Below are positions 33,003 to 44,605 of a stretch of 64,000 nt of DNA, piece after piece. The notes beneath the pieces were generated by a model that worked only from the letters and a program-made list of their open reading frames with translations, ran no database searches and was not told the DNA's origin. How positions within the stretch are numbered: the first letter of the stretch is position 1; each line of letters begins with the position of its first letter. Origin of the DNA: Mayamaea pseudoterrestris (lineage: Eukaryota); the NCBI GenBank assembly GCA_027923505.1, contig BROI01000019.1:124001-188000 (forward strand), read 5' to 3'. A program made the translations under genes and the position numbers.

Positions 33003-33974
33003 TTACTTCTTGGTATACACTATTTCATAGTATCGCACATCCACGGGTCGGCCTCTTGCTGCCTCCCACATTTTTAGCGCCATTGGATCATTCTGCGATG
33101 GCAGTAAAAAGGCAGCCGACCGCTGTCGACAAGTGAACGAGTTTGCATCGTCGTTGAGCGTGTAGAGTGACGTTGTTTCAATCTCCTTGAGTAGCGGACG
33201 ACGCTGCGTATTGCCATTCATCACGACATTGCCCTTGCTGTCCAGTGTGGACACAATTTCGCGAACCACTTCGGAGCAGTCAAACCGTGAATCGGAAACA
33301 GTTTCCTGCCTTCGGTTCAACGTGATCAAATCAACCTGGAGTAGATTGGGCGACCCAGTGGGTGCGAGAATGCACGAGAACTTGTTGGGCGAAACTAAAT
33401 TGACATTGATCAAGCTGTTGATGCCCAAGGCCGCCTTGGCAATGCTGCCAATGTTGAACTCGCGATCGGCAATGCAGTATTTCATTTCATCAGAACCAGT
33501 CGAGACTGGAACAAAGCGACTCGTATATTCCAGCGTCGTTCCAATCTCCGACAGTGCCTTTTGATAGGTGACATTGCCTCCAAAGAGTGCCAATCCGCAT
33601 GGCGCTAGTACGCTTGTTGTATTGGACGCCACCTTCCACGTTCCCGCCATGCGTTCCGGATAGTATACATCGGAAGCTTCCATTCCATAGGGAGGTTCAC
33701 TCAGTACATTCTCCGTGACTCGCGTCTCCAATAGTCCAACGGGAAGGCTGGCGGAAGCGCTTGTAGATGTGTAGTAGTCGGCTGCGTTGCTTGGCAGTAA
33801 CGTCATTACCTGAGCAGTCGTTGTTGTCATGATTTGATTGAGTACTCTTCGTCGATCGAGCTGCCGTTTCCCTGCATTCCACGAATAGCTGCTGGAGCAT
33901 GTCACAAGACAATGTATAATGAGAAGAAGGAGCGACGAAGAAAGCATCTTGTCCATGTCATTCGCTTGTGCCAT
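33003..33974 (-). CDS. Conserved plastid-type hypothetical protein (DUF6816-like)
   Basis: Signal peptide then RRR/AAD lumen-like presequence; YYPERMAGTW and ADREFN motifs. Confidence 0.7.
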   Translation of the reverse strand: MAQANDMDKMLSSSLLLLIIHCLVTCSSSYSWNAGKRQLDRRRVLNQIMTTTTAQVMTLLPSNAADYYTSTSASASLPVGLLETRVTENVLSEPPYGMEASDVYYPERMAGTWKVASNTTSVLAPCGLALFGGNVTYQKALSEIGTTLEYTSRFVPVSTGSDEMKYCIADREFNIGSIAKAALGINSLINVNLVSPNKFSCILAPTGSPNLLQVDLITLNRRQETVSDSRFDCSEVVREIVSTLDSKGNVVMNGNTQRRPLLKEIETTSLYTLNDDANSFTCRQRSAAFLLPSQNDPMALKMWEAARGRPVDVRYYEIVYTKK

Positions 33975-34390
33975 GGTCGCAACGAAAAAAAAGAAGGCCG
34001 ATGAGATCAGTCCCGGTAGGACGAACGTAAAACCGGTGCGATTTCAATTATTCTCACTGCCATGAGCAATGTTCCTATATAGCAACGCGACACCAAGCAC
34101 TAGACGTTATACATCGAATTGTTGCACGGCGGGACCAAGAAGATGAAGAAAATGATGATGCAACCATCAGAACTTTAAACGTGGCATTTGGCACATCGCC
34201 TTGAGTGTGCGGGAGCTTGTTTGGCACTCGCACACTTAAAGCATTGCCGGGTTGTGTATTGCATTGCCATTGCTTCCTTTTCTCACGTCATCATCTTTAT
34301 TTGTTTTAAAGATGAATCACCAAATGTGTCTGATCAGGACGGAAGATACGCGATGATGTACGGGTATGCGAGTCGACGCAAGTTCGGCCA

Positions 34391-34771
34391 ATGACGACTT
34401 TTTCATCAATGCATTCTCACATGGTTTCAGATGCTCTCGACAGAATTCTCGACGCGGCGGGAGATCAGCGTGATATCATGTTGGCTCTTATGCATTATTA
34501 CGCCATTGCTGAACGCATCAATCTTCCTGGTATACCCGAACGTTATCAAATACCTTTGATGCACGACTTTGCACGTGAACACCCTGACATTGGTTTGGAC
34601 GCCAACACTGTTTTGGGACATGTACGAGCCCTTGTTGACGATCCAGTCTATATCCTTGGCATGAATTGGCTAGACTACTATGCAAAACGTCGACCGCGAC
34701 CGTCTTTGCCAAGCGAAGCCGACATGCAAGAAAATATGACAAAGTCGCATGACAGCAACTTAGACAAATAA
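34391..34771 (+). CDS. Small hypothetical protein
   Basis: 126-aa ORF with protein-like composition only. Confidence 0.4.
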   Translation: MTTFSSMHSHMVSDALDRILDAAGDQRDIMLALMHYYAIAERINLPGIPERYQIPLMHDFAREHPDIGLDANTVLGHVRALVDDPVYILGMNWLDYYAKRRPRPSLPSEADMQENMTKSHDSNLDK

Positions 34772-34944
34772 GGGGAATGTCAGTTGAGCTGGTTAGAGAA
34801 CATACCTCCAATATGAACGTCGACTTTTGCGGTGATTATCGCTAAGTAGCATAATATGAGTTATAAAAGCAGTTATATGGATCTGTAAATTACATACAAA
34901 GACTCCCGCAGGGCTCATGCAATGTTTCACGATGAACTTGAATA

Positions 34945-36573
34945 TTAGTACTCCCGACAATTCTCGCGTATGAGATCTTGCAGGTCCCATTCATTGCGTC
35001 GAATAAACTCATAAAGCATGAGCAAATCAACAGCTTCCACAGCCTCCAGCATGCCGCGTCGACGATCAGATTCCAACTCAGCAGTAGCAATGCGCTCAAA
35101 CTTGGGTCCGTGAATAATCCGCTTGCGATTCAACTCCAATACATGTTGAACTCGGGCACACCAGTCTGCACTAACGTGCTCATCCTCATGCATCAAAATG
35201 ACTTCTGCTAAATGTCGAACCCCTTGATCGAGAGCTTTAAGCAGCGCTTCCGAAGCAATGGCAGGGCCGGTGTAGCCTGGCGCGATGCTAATAGTCAACT
35301 TTCGCAATGTGGTACTCTTCTCAACGTAGCGGGAAAGAGCTTCATCGAATGATTCGCCCCAATCCGCAACAAACAGTGTCACCTCTTCAAGCCTCCACTT
35401 GCAAGCGTTTCGTAAAAAGTCGCTCAATGTTTTGCTCTTGTAAAAGTAGCAGCAATCGGCCAGGTAAAACGAGCCCAAGCTGAGCACTCGAATCGCCGTG
35501 GCAGGGTTTCCTAAACCGTTACTAAAAGCTTCCAAAAAGTCTGGATGGGCGGATGTTTGATATTCAAGTTCCACAAGGTTTGACTGCAGGAGCGCATTCG
35601 CCAGCGTAACGTGCGTTTCCTGAGGCAACACCCAATTGTAAATTGTTAGCTTTTGAAGCCTAGACGCAGCCAAAGCATTGATAACAATCCTTGCAACTTC
35701 AACATTGGCAAGCTTGATGTTGACAAGCACCAACGTCTCCAGATGCGGCATTGCAAGGACACCAGCAATCGTGTTTGCGTCTTCGACAGAAGATAAGTTA
35801 AAGCGTTGTCCATCCATTGAAACCATGGATAACTGTGGCATCGTAGGCATCGACGACCACAAGGCTCGAAAAGTGTGAATTTCAATACCAACCATGTCAA
35901 GATTCTTAATATTGGCATTGTTAGCAATGCATGCTTCCAAAGCTGGGAGCTGGTCGACATCTTCCTCGTCGGCAGTGAAGTTGAACCCAACATAATCCAT
36001 ATGTCGACACGCATTAATAACCGCATTGATAAAAGCCATGTTAGCGAAAATACCTTCACCGCGAAACTCAATAAACAGAGGGCTTCCAAATCTACGCCCG
36101 ACGGCAGCTCCACAAGCGGCAACTTGATCCATGTCAGTAATCCCGGCGGCTCTGAGATGCTCCATCTTCTGAGCCATTCCCGAAAGTGAAAAGATGATAT
36201 GATAGACTTTACACTGAGATAATGCTTCGATCAGCTTATCTTGTAGACTAGCATTCAAAGTGAGACCAACAATGTTATCATCCGTCAGAGTCATGCGCGC
36301 TACCGGATCGTGCTTCGAGCTCGCGCCAAAAGAAAACCCGGCAATGTTTCCCTCGCAGTAATGCTGCATGCGATCTGCCGCAGACCGCCAGTATCGTACG
36401 TGCTCCGGCCCGCCTGGCGGCAAAAGTGCTGCATCCAACTCTTGCTCCGCCTGTTCCGCAGCGGCTTGTTCAAAAGCCTCGAACAGCATTTCTCGCTCGA
36501 TAGGATCTGCTCCTTCGGCTGGTTGCCGTTCCTCCACGAATCGTCGAAAAGCATTCCAGTCAATGTGAGCCAT
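34945..36573 (-). CDS. RNI-like/degenerate leucine-rich-repeat protein
   Basis: Repeated LxxLxL units (HLETLVL, RLQKLTI, TLRKLTI); LNR..LYEFIRRN-type C-terminus. Confidence 0.7.
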   Translation of the reverse strand: MAHIDWNAFRRFVEERQPAEGADPIEREMLFEAFEQAAAEQAEQELDAALLPPGGPEHVRYWRSAADRMQHYCEGNIAGFSFGASSKHDPVARMTLTDDNIVGLTLNASLQDKLIEALSQCKVYHIIFSLSGMAQKMEHLRAAGITDMDQVAACGAAVGRRFGSPLFIEFRGEGIFANMAFINAVINACRHMDYVGFNFTADEEDVDQLPALEACIANNANIKNLDMVGIEIHTFRALWSSMPTMPQLSMVSMDGQRFNLSSVEDANTIAGVLAMPHLETLVLVNIKLANVEVARIVINALAASRLQKLTIYNWVLPQETHVTLANALLQSNLVELEYQTSAHPDFLEAFSNGLGNPATAIRVLSLGSFYLADCCYFYKSKTLSDFLRNACKWRLEEVTLFVADWGESFDEALSRYVEKSTTLRKLTISIAPGYTGPAIASEALLKALDQGVRHLAEVILMHEDEHVSADWCARVQHVLELNRKRIIHGPKFERIATAELESDRRRGMLEAVEAVDLLMLYEFIRRNEWDLQDLIRENCREY

Positions 36574-36870
36574 TGTATAGGTAGGAGGATTAAATGTTTA
36601 TGATCCCCGGACTTAACAACGCAATATTGTGAGCGGAGCGAAGCGTGGAAGTTGTGTGGATGTTCGATGGAGAATCGATGCGCCCGATGCCGCGGTCAAG
36701 TTTCACCGTTCGTAAGCTAGTCGTACCGGTACTTGATCTTGCCACTGGGTACCGTTCCGACATCGACTTTCGTCCACGCGATGAGCCACCATGGCAAGCT
36801 TTTCGCGAGAACGAGATCTTTGCATGCTGCTGAAGCTTCCATTTGATACATATACATACAAATTAAAAGC

Positions 36871-39318
36871 ATGAAGATTGAAGAGATTGTCAATGAGTTA
36901 CTCGACAGCCACGAAGACGAAGGCAGTCGTCGGCGTGCAGCAGCCGTCCAAGCGTTTGCCCAAGTGGACTTGCTCGACGAACACAACTACTTGCACCAGG
37001 CGAATGATAGTGACGCCGTCTTGCCCTTTTTGCTGGACGAGGAGCAAGAATTGGCAGACTTTACAACGGATGCTTTGTCCATGCTGGATGAGAGTGATGA
37101 AGGCGGAGGTGACTTGGAAAATGGAGCTCAAGCAGACGCTGAAGGAAGCGCACCACTAGACGACAGTCTCCTGCAGCATTCGTATGAAGCCTTGCCAGAG
37201 ATTGACATGATTGGAACGGACGATGCGTTTCTCGCTCCCATTGAAAATTTGACGAGTGTCTTTGACGACTTTGCGCACTTTCGGGAAACAAAGGATGACC
37301 AAGATCAAGATGATGGCGACGACGACGATTCCAAGGCTTGGACCAAGGAAGATGAAGATGATGAAAGTAACTCGAATACTTCCATTGCAAACGACTTTGA
37401 TGACAACGCTGACTTTCAACCATCTCGCGTCTTGGATCAGCTTGGAAAACTTACTATGGATACCAAATCCGGAGCTGCGGATGAATACAATGAGCAAGAT
37501 ATCAACAATGACAATGTAAATGACGACAACTACTTTGTCTGCCAACCATGCACGCCTATTAACCTGCAAATGCAGTGGAAGGAGGAGGACTCACGTCTTG
37601 CCATTGAGCAAAAGCGCCTTGGATTGGGTCCAGTAACCGACCAAGATTTGGAGGAAATGATGAAACACTTTGCCGGCGGTCTGGACTTGGAGCATCAATT
37701 GACAGCGGCGGATTTGCGGCTACGAGAAACACTCATGAACGAATCAAGTACAGCAGGAGCTGTAACCTCAACAGACCATGCGGCTCCTACTCAGCCGTCA
37801 CCAGTCCGACCAGCTGCCATGGCTGCCGCCAAGCCTTGGTTGGAGGCATTTGCGCAAGACGGCGCTAGCAGCAGCAAGCCTACTACAGCAACGAATCCCA
37901 GTGAGCAAGTCTTGCTGGGCGGTCACCGCGAACGCATCCTTGGCATGGACTTGGACGAGTCTGGCCGCTACTTGGCAACGGCCAGTCAAGACTCCAACGT
38001 TTGCGTCTGGGATGTTTGCAGCAACAAGCTTTTGCGAACCTTGCCGCACAATGCCAAGTTTGAGTGTCTTCGCGTGGCATGGGCAAGTAGTACTTGGGCC
38101 GATCAAGTGCTAAAGTCGTCGACGCAGCTGCGGCCAAAGTATTTGCTGGCGACGGGCACGGCGGAAGGCGTCGTTTTGTTGTTTGGGACGGACGATCCAG
38201 CCAACGAGTGGAAGTGCTTGTATACCATTGAGCATTCCGACTTTAACCATGTTGCGCCACAAGACGAGGACGACAAGCCGCAAATCTACGCGCTTCAATT
38301 TATCGATCACTATAAGGCGCTACCCAGCGCAGACGATGATGTCCATAATAGTTTTCTCATGACATCGTCCAATGACTGCATTCACTTTTGGGAGCTGGAT
38401 GCCCAAAAGAGAAGCAAGGTTGACGAAGTCGGATCGTCCGAGCATCAGCTGCATTTACGCGAAGTCATGAGTCTGCGTTTCACGCACTTGCATGGAGTTG
38501 GATATGGCGTGCGACCATGTCAAGTCACGGGACGTGCCACCATGAGTGCGCTGCCGTCGGCACATACTGTTGGTCCGACTCTAGACAATGAGACAGCTAC
38601 CAATGACGACGCGGAGACTCCCTATGGAGGCGCCCATCGCAATCCGAACCACTTTATCTTTGTCTTTGACGCCTCGTACTGCTCGACGAATTCGTTGCTT
38701 GGCGCGGCGCTCTCGGACGGAAGCCTTCGCCTCATGAACGGTCGCGGCGTTTGCTTGAGCGCCTTGCAACTCCCGGGTGTGCAGTCGCACTTGACATCCT
38801 TTTGCTGGGACACCACTGGCACCCGCCTGGCGACGAGCGTTGCGACGGGATACGTTGTGGTTTGGTCGGTAATCAACGTGACAGTGCAGAACAGTGGATA
38901 CGAGGAGCTCAAAACGTCGTGTCTGTCGGCCATGCAGGGTGGACATGAGCTGGACCGACCGCTGTTTGGAGTTGCCTTTTGCGGCGGCGAGCAGGAGGAG
39001 TTGCTGCTGTCGTGGGGTGTGGATGGTCGCTTGTGCCTGTGGGATTGCAAGAGTGACGACGCGGACGTATATGCGCCACTGGCTACCTTGCTGGATCGCA
39101 ACGACTATCCCATTTATGCGACAGCGTTTCATGCTCGCATCGGACTTTTGGCAATTGGAGGCGGTGCAGATGGAGGCTTTATTGGTATTCCGGCGTATCT
39201 ATACAAGATTGCGAACCTTGAAACGATTGATGCGGAGCATGCGGACAAGAAAGCAAAATCTACTGAAAGCACCGACCAAGAAGAAGATGTGGCGACGAAA
39301 GTAGAGACAGAAAAGTAA
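36871..39318 (+). CDS. WD40-repeat protein with acidic N-terminus
   Basis: GHRERI...LATASQDSNVCVWD; GHE...LLSWGVDGRLCLWD. Confidence 0.85.
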   Translation: MKIEEIVNELLDSHEDEGSRRRAAAVQAFAQVDLLDEHNYLHQANDSDAVLPFLLDEEQELADFTTDALSMLDESDEGGGDLENGAQADAEGSAPLDDSLLQHSYEALPEIDMIGTDDAFLAPIENLTSVFDDFAHFRETKDDQDQDDGDDDDSKAWTKEDEDDESNSNTSIANDFDDNADFQPSRVLDQLGKLTMDTKSGAADEYNEQDINNDNVNDDNYFVCQPCTPINLQMQWKEEDSRLAIEQKRLGLGPVTDQDLEEMMKHFAGGLDLEHQLTAADLRLRETLMNESSTAGAVTSTDHAAPTQPSPVRPAAMAAAKPWLEAFAQDGASSSKPTTATNPSEQVLLGGHRERILGMDLDESGRYLATASQDSNVCVWDVCSNKLLRTLPHNAKFECLRVAWASSTWADQVLKSSTQLRPKYLLATGTAEGVVLLFGTDDPANEWKCLYTIEHSDFNHVAPQDEDDKPQIYALQFIDHYKALPSADDDVHNSFLMTSSNDCIHFWELDAQKRSKVDEVGSSEHQLHLREVMSLRFTHLHGVGYGVRPCQVTGRATMSALPSAHTVGPTLDNETATNDDAETPYGGAHRNPNHFIFVFDASYCSTNSLLGAALSDGSLRLMNGRGVCLSALQLPGVQSHLTSFCWDTTGTRLATSVATGYVVVWSVINVTVQNSGYEELKTSCLSAMQGGHELDRPLFGVAFCGGEQEELLLSWGVDGRLCLWDCKSDDADVYAPLATLLDRNDYPIYATAFHARIGLLAIGGGADGGFIGIPAYLYKIANLETIDAEHADKKAKSTESTDQEEDVATKVETEK

Positions 39319-39491
39319 AATGTTTGTGTAAATTATGTAGTTTTCTATATTACTTTGTATCATGCTATGCTTCGCAACCGTCATCGATGCGCTAATCAAA
39401 GCACCGTGTTCAGTCATAATCATGGTCGAAAGACAGCCCTGACGCTGCGTTCATTTTGCCAAGAACCTGACTAACTTCATTCGTTAACGTC

Positions 39492-40144
39492 TTATATAAA
39501 GTAAGATCCCGGACTGGCATTCGAATCCGCACTCGTGACAACATCCGTCGGAATGGAAACGGCCGAAAGCAACGCTCCTCCGACGGAAATGGCCGCCAAG
39601 ACACCAATCCAAAACTGTCGCAAATGATGGAATGACAAGATAAGAGATAAGATAAACTTACTTGCTGACCTGTACATTCATTCTTTCACTCATTCATTTA
39701 CTCATTTATTCACACACTCTCCTACAACATATAATTTACCTTCCAATCTCCCTTGACCGAATCCCACGTTGGCAGTTCCATACCGCCCACCAAATCCTCC
39801 GCGATGCGATCCACTTGCTTGGTCGCCTTGTTGGCGGCGCGAATGGCGGCAATCTCGGCGTCCGACTTGTAAAAGTCCTTGCCGGGTCGATTTTCTGTGA
39901 TTTTTTGCTCACGCACCACCTTTTTCCATTCCTCGTCCCAGTCAATGCTTCCGGTATATGACGTGTTTTCTTCGTCGGGCATGTTGCTGCTTCCTTCGGA
40001 TGGTTTGGAAGGTGGTGCAACGAACAGCAACGTGGAATGTAGCGTTCTGGACGACGTGTGACTGCTTCGTTGCAGGCGAAAGGCGATTGCGGCATCCAAA
40101 GCGACGCCGGCTACGAGCAAGCTCAGTGTAGAAGATAACCTCAT
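39492..40144 (-). CDS. Plastid-targeted small membrane protein (two exons)
   Basis: Presequence ending AIA-F; intron 39739-39615 joins GDWK to FWIGVLAAISVGGALL (TM helix). Confidence 0.75.
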
Positions 40145-40476
40145 TTGTTCCAGTATAATGTACAGGAATTGTTGTGTCTACCGATAGGTATCTCGACAAA
40201 AGATAATGATGATCTTCCTTGAGCTGCGCCGAAGCTTGTGTCATGGTGAAGGTTCGAGCGCGGCACGAAGCAGATCGACCGACCACCTCGGATGACGTGG
40301 TTGTTGAAGCGTGACTGTATCAAGCGTGAATGAAAAGAAGGCCACTCCCGTTGCGACATCTTACAGTGCGCGACCACGACCGCTCGTGACCATGGACAAG
40401 AGTGAATCTCCGTCCATTGCTCGCTTGCCTTCTTGATCTGAACCTACACATATATACAGCTCCAATCAATTTCACC

Positions 40477-41622
40477 ATGACTGATTCTACTTCCACCAAA
40501 GGATCCGCTAACTTGCGATCGCTGATTTACGATCCATCCGCTCCAAGCCTCCAAGTCCTCGATCAGCTGCTGCTGCCGCACCAAAAAGTGTACCTCCACA
40601 TACGCAACGTTAGTGACGCTTGGAAGGTCATTCGATCCATGCAGATACGAGGCGCTCCACTGATTGCCATTGTCGCCTGCCTTGGTCTAGTGGTGGACTT
40701 GCATTCAAATGAAACCAAGCAAGCCATGGAAGCTTGTGCAGATGCCGCGGCGCTCGCTGAATATTTGCAAACCAAACTGGATTACTTGGCCACGTCGAGA
40801 CCAACGGCGGTCAACTTGTTTCATGCGTTGAAGTCAATTGGAGAAATTGTCAAGAAAGAGACTGAAGAGACGACTAAAAACAGCACAAAACTCCAAACGC
40901 GCCTCGTGAACGCCATTCAACAATTCGCCCAAATTCACATTTACCTCCGCGACGAGCGGGACAATATATCCATTGGCAATCACGGCGCAAACGCCATACT
41001 ACTGGCCGCCGAGCAGCCCCACCAGCTGCGCGTCATGACCATTTGCAACACTGGTAGCTTGGCCACGGGCAACTACGGCACGGCGCTCGGCGTCGTGCGC
41101 ACCTTAAACAACCGGCAGCGACTGTTGCAAATTGTTGCGCTGGAGACTCGTCCGTACAATCAAGGTTCGCGACTGACGGCGTTTGAGCTACAAGAAGATC
41201 AACTACCAGGCTTGCTGATTTGCGACAATATGGCTGGTTATTATATGGCGCAGCACAAGGTGGACGCCGTTGTGGTGGGCGCGGATCGCGTCTGCGCCAA
41301 TGGCGACGTTACCAACAAGATTGGAACGTACACGCTGGCGCTACTGGCGACCGCTCATGGAGTGCCCTTTTACGTGGCGGCGCCACTGACGACGCTCGAC
41401 GCGAGTCTGGAGAGTGGAGCAAATGTCGAGATTGAGGAGCGTCCGGCGGTCGAGTTGATACGTTCGAGTCAGGCGCCGGAGCACATGCCCGTGTGGAACC
41501 CGGGGTTTGACGTGACGCCCGCCAAGTATATTCATGGCATTATTACCGAAAAGGGAGTCATTGTGAAGAATGCGGCTGGAAAATTCGACGTGGCTGGCTT
41601 TATTCGAAAACACGCAGATTAA
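40477..41622 (+). CDS. MRI1: Methylthioribose-1-phosphate isomerase
   Basis: LDQLLLP, MQIRGAPLIA, SRPTAVNL, CNTGSLAT.YGTALG, ETRPYNQGSRLTAFE, GADRV..NGD..NKIGTY. Confidence 0.96.
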   Translation: MTDSTSTKGSANLRSLIYDPSAPSLQVLDQLLLPHQKVYLHIRNVSDAWKVIRSMQIRGAPLIAIVACLGLVVDLHSNETKQAMEACADAAALAEYLQTKLDYLATSRPTAVNLFHALKSIGEIVKKETEETTKNSTKLQTRLVNAIQQFAQIHIYLRDERDNISIGNHGANAILLAAEQPHQLRVMTICNTGSLATGNYGTALGVVRTLNNRQRLLQIVALETRPYNQGSRLTAFELQEDQLPGLLICDNMAGYYMAQHKVDAVVVGADRVCANGDVTNKIGTYTLALLATAHGVPFYVAAPLTTLDASLESGANVEIEERPAVELIRSSQAPEHMPVWNPGFDVTPAKYIHGIITEKGVIVKNAAGKFDVAGFIRKHAD

Positions 41623-41706
41623 CATAGACTCTCTGTATATGTATGTGTGCGATTATACATGTCTATTATTACATTACAAAAGTGTGTCTGCAGATTGTTG
41701 CTACAC

Positions 41707-42950
41707 TTAGTACACGAGTCCCGCCCAAAGTTGCTGCAAATCCTTGACCTGCATGTTTCCGCCGCTTCGACTGACGCATTTCAAATACTTGTGGCCGAGC
41801 ATTTCGTACTCGAGCTTGCCGCGGTCCTTTTCGTGCGCGTACGGACTCACAAAGGACTGAAACTCCGGCATGCTCTTTAGCGTGTCATAGTATAGCTGAT
41901 GCATTTCCTTGTCATTGGTCAAGAATAGTTTCGACTCGCAAATTAAAAAGGGATAAACGTCTTTCGCAGCAACGCCAGCATGGTCCACAAACTGGTAAAA
42001 GCCTTCCACCACGCCGGGCCACGTGCTGTGGAACCAGTCGTCGAGAATGACAATGCCGCCCGTCAGTAGATTGCAGAATGCTAGTTGCAGGTCGTTAAAG
42101 GTAAATGCCGCGCTGCGTAATTGACGAACACAATCATGAGATGATACAACACATAGCTGCTGCATGACTTTCTTTTTGATTGTCAAACATTCATTACACA
42201 TCACATTTGCACTCACGTGTGAGACGCATCGACAGATACAATCCGAAAAGGTTCCATGAGTGCCTTGCCCGTCAAATCAAAGGGCAACTCGTCCGTGGAT
42301 GCTTCAATCACGGCATGAATGGCTCTCGGGTGCAGTCCATACGTTAACAAGCCTCTCATAAACATTCGCTTGTCTCCCAACCCCGACTTGTCCACATTCT
42401 TGTCCTGCTGACCAAACAAGTCGCCAACAATGAGCTTTTCCGTGTCTCGCGCCGTGATAAACAAGAAACCAGTGAAACGCCCATGATGCACACCAAACTC
42501 GCCCAGCGTGCCATACAAGTTGCGCGAATGCTGCAAACGACTCAGCACACTCACAATGGGACCGCAGGCAGTCACTTCGCCGGATCCTCTGGCAATGAGC
42601 TTGTAGCCGCCGCGCGCAAACTGTTGTTGATCGTGTAGTGATACTTTGGGGGTCGACGACGCTGGCGCAAAATTGGTGCTCCTGCTGGCGACGCATTCAC
42701 TCGTTCCGGCACGTCGATGCGTCAACGGTAGACTGCTTGTTGCTGCTGCCGTTGATGGCGAAGCAGCGGATATCGCCATGGTGGCGCGTGACGAAAAACC
42801 ATCTTGGTGCGAAAGTAGGAGAATTTGCGAGACGAAAGCGGCTGCGAAGAGTGCCAGAAGAATGAGCAATCGAACAAACGACCGATGGTAATCTCCAAAG
42901 AGTGTATGACGAATCCGTAACGAGGATCGCGAGGCGCTTTCCGTCGCCAT
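41707..42950 (-). CDS. Membrane-anchored class I SAM methyltransferase (Methyltransf_24-like), two exons
   Basis: EFGVHHG, VSVDASH|T, GGIVILDD; intron 42216-42113 keeps frame; N-terminal TM helix. Confidence 0.82.
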
Positions 42951-43136
42951 GGTGGAATCGAAATGAGCGGATAAATGTTGTGATGGTCACGATGATAGGG
43001 TTCCATCACCATGATGTTTTGGCGAGCGTGACGATGATGCCAGCCACGCTGCGTGCGCGAACGGCACGTTGAAACTGAAACCAGTGCGACACTTCCTTCC
43101 TCGTTCCACGCACCCATTCTTTCGTCAAACATCATC

Positions 43137-43895
43137 ATGTCGATGTTCGACGAGGACCCACCAAGGGACCACCTTGATAGTCTACTACAAGCATGTGATT
43201 CCATCGCTACTACGGCGCAAAGGAAGTGTCGTATTGTTTCACCGCTGAATAGTATCAGTTCGTCGGCACCAATACTCGACCAAGTGGCGCGCGAGCGAGA
43301 CATTGCAGCCTGGATCAATCGACAAATCCTGCAGCATGAACGCTCGGAGTTGCTATTGAATAGTGCAGGTCATGATGATGACGATGATGATGATGCGCCA
43401 CAGAAATTGTCTGCTGATGAAGCAAACCGCAGTAACGTTCTGTTGGAAGCGTGCGCGAAACTCCAATGGGAGCATACATGCTTGTCACACATTCACAAGA
43501 CCAAAACATTGGGCGCAACACTCTTTTCCGAACATGCGAATGACAATGAGCGACTGTTGCGAATACAAGTTTTGAAACAAAGATACGAGCTGGTGAATCA
43601 ATCGTTGGCATCGAGTCGGCAATTAACTCACACGAGGCAGCGGATACGACAGTTGGAGATGCAAACGCAACAGCTTCGCCAAGACTGTCGCATGATTTAT
43701 AGTCAGTTGGAGCGAAACAGTATTCCTACGAGAGAGCGTGATAACAGTGGAGCACCGGAACACCAAGTTCAAAAACGGGAATCGCAAATGATGGAGCAAG
43801 TCATCACGGACCTACTCGCAGCGTGCGATTTCGGCTCTGTTAACGACGAGCGAGTGAATCAGATTCTTTCACATCGAAATAGATTAAAGGTTTGA
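43137..43895 (+). CDS. Coiled-coil protein, weakly CENP-H-like
   Basis: Long heptad region; C-terminus EQVITDLLAACDFGSVNDERVNQIL. Confidence 0.55.
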   Translation: MSMFDEDPPRDHLDSLLQACDSIATTAQRKCRIVSPLNSISSSAPILDQVARERDIAAWINRQILQHERSELLLNSAGHDDDDDDDAPQKLSADEANRSNVLLEACAKLQWEHTCLSHIHKTKTLGATLFSEHANDNERLLRIQVLKQRYELVNQSLASSRQLTHTRQRIRQLEMQTQQLRQDCRMIYSQLERNSIPTRERDNSGAPEHQVQKRESQMMEQVITDLLAACDFGSVNDERVNQILSHRNRLKV

Positions 43896-44605
43896 AAATG
43901 GTGACGCTGCTATAAAACACTGTATCTATGACTACCGCCTCCAAGAATAAACAAGCCAACCTTTTGCGCGTCACCTAATTTATTTGAGTCATATCTATAT
44001 TCTTTTCCTTTACAACCACTGCCAGCAAGCTTAGTTACTCCTTTTCAGCCTTTGCTTTTCGCTAGCCGCGGGTCAGTGTTTTCGGCTTGGCCCGACTCGC
44101 AGAGTGCGCGCCCGATAACGGGCGCATACTTGGCTTTGTTGGAACCGCACGAAAGTCGAATGTGTATGTGACACCATGCTTACCCCCTCATCCTTCCCAC
44201 CTGATTTACTCACGCCACTAAGTGGATGGGTGCACAATAGTTTATGACAGAGGAGCAGGCCGCGGAACGTCTAAACCGTGACCGGGAACAACAAGCGATG
44301 AAAACATTGGAAAAAACCCAGTGTGATAAAAAGTATATCGGTACGACAACGCACAAAAGTTGCATGTTTCACATCCATGAGTGAAAAGACAAAACAGCTG
44401 CGTTCCGGCATGAAGAAACACCATGAAGCGGGATTGCATCTGGTTAAAAAAATCGAAATGCACGACAAGATCCTGCTTTATACTGCAAGCCGGAAGTTGA
44501 GACCATGCAGATATGATCTGGCAAAAACAGTGGTGTCCTATTGTTTGGCTCAAAAATCGAAAAAAGATCTCATAGTCAACCCGCAACCGCACCGACAAAG
44601 CAACC

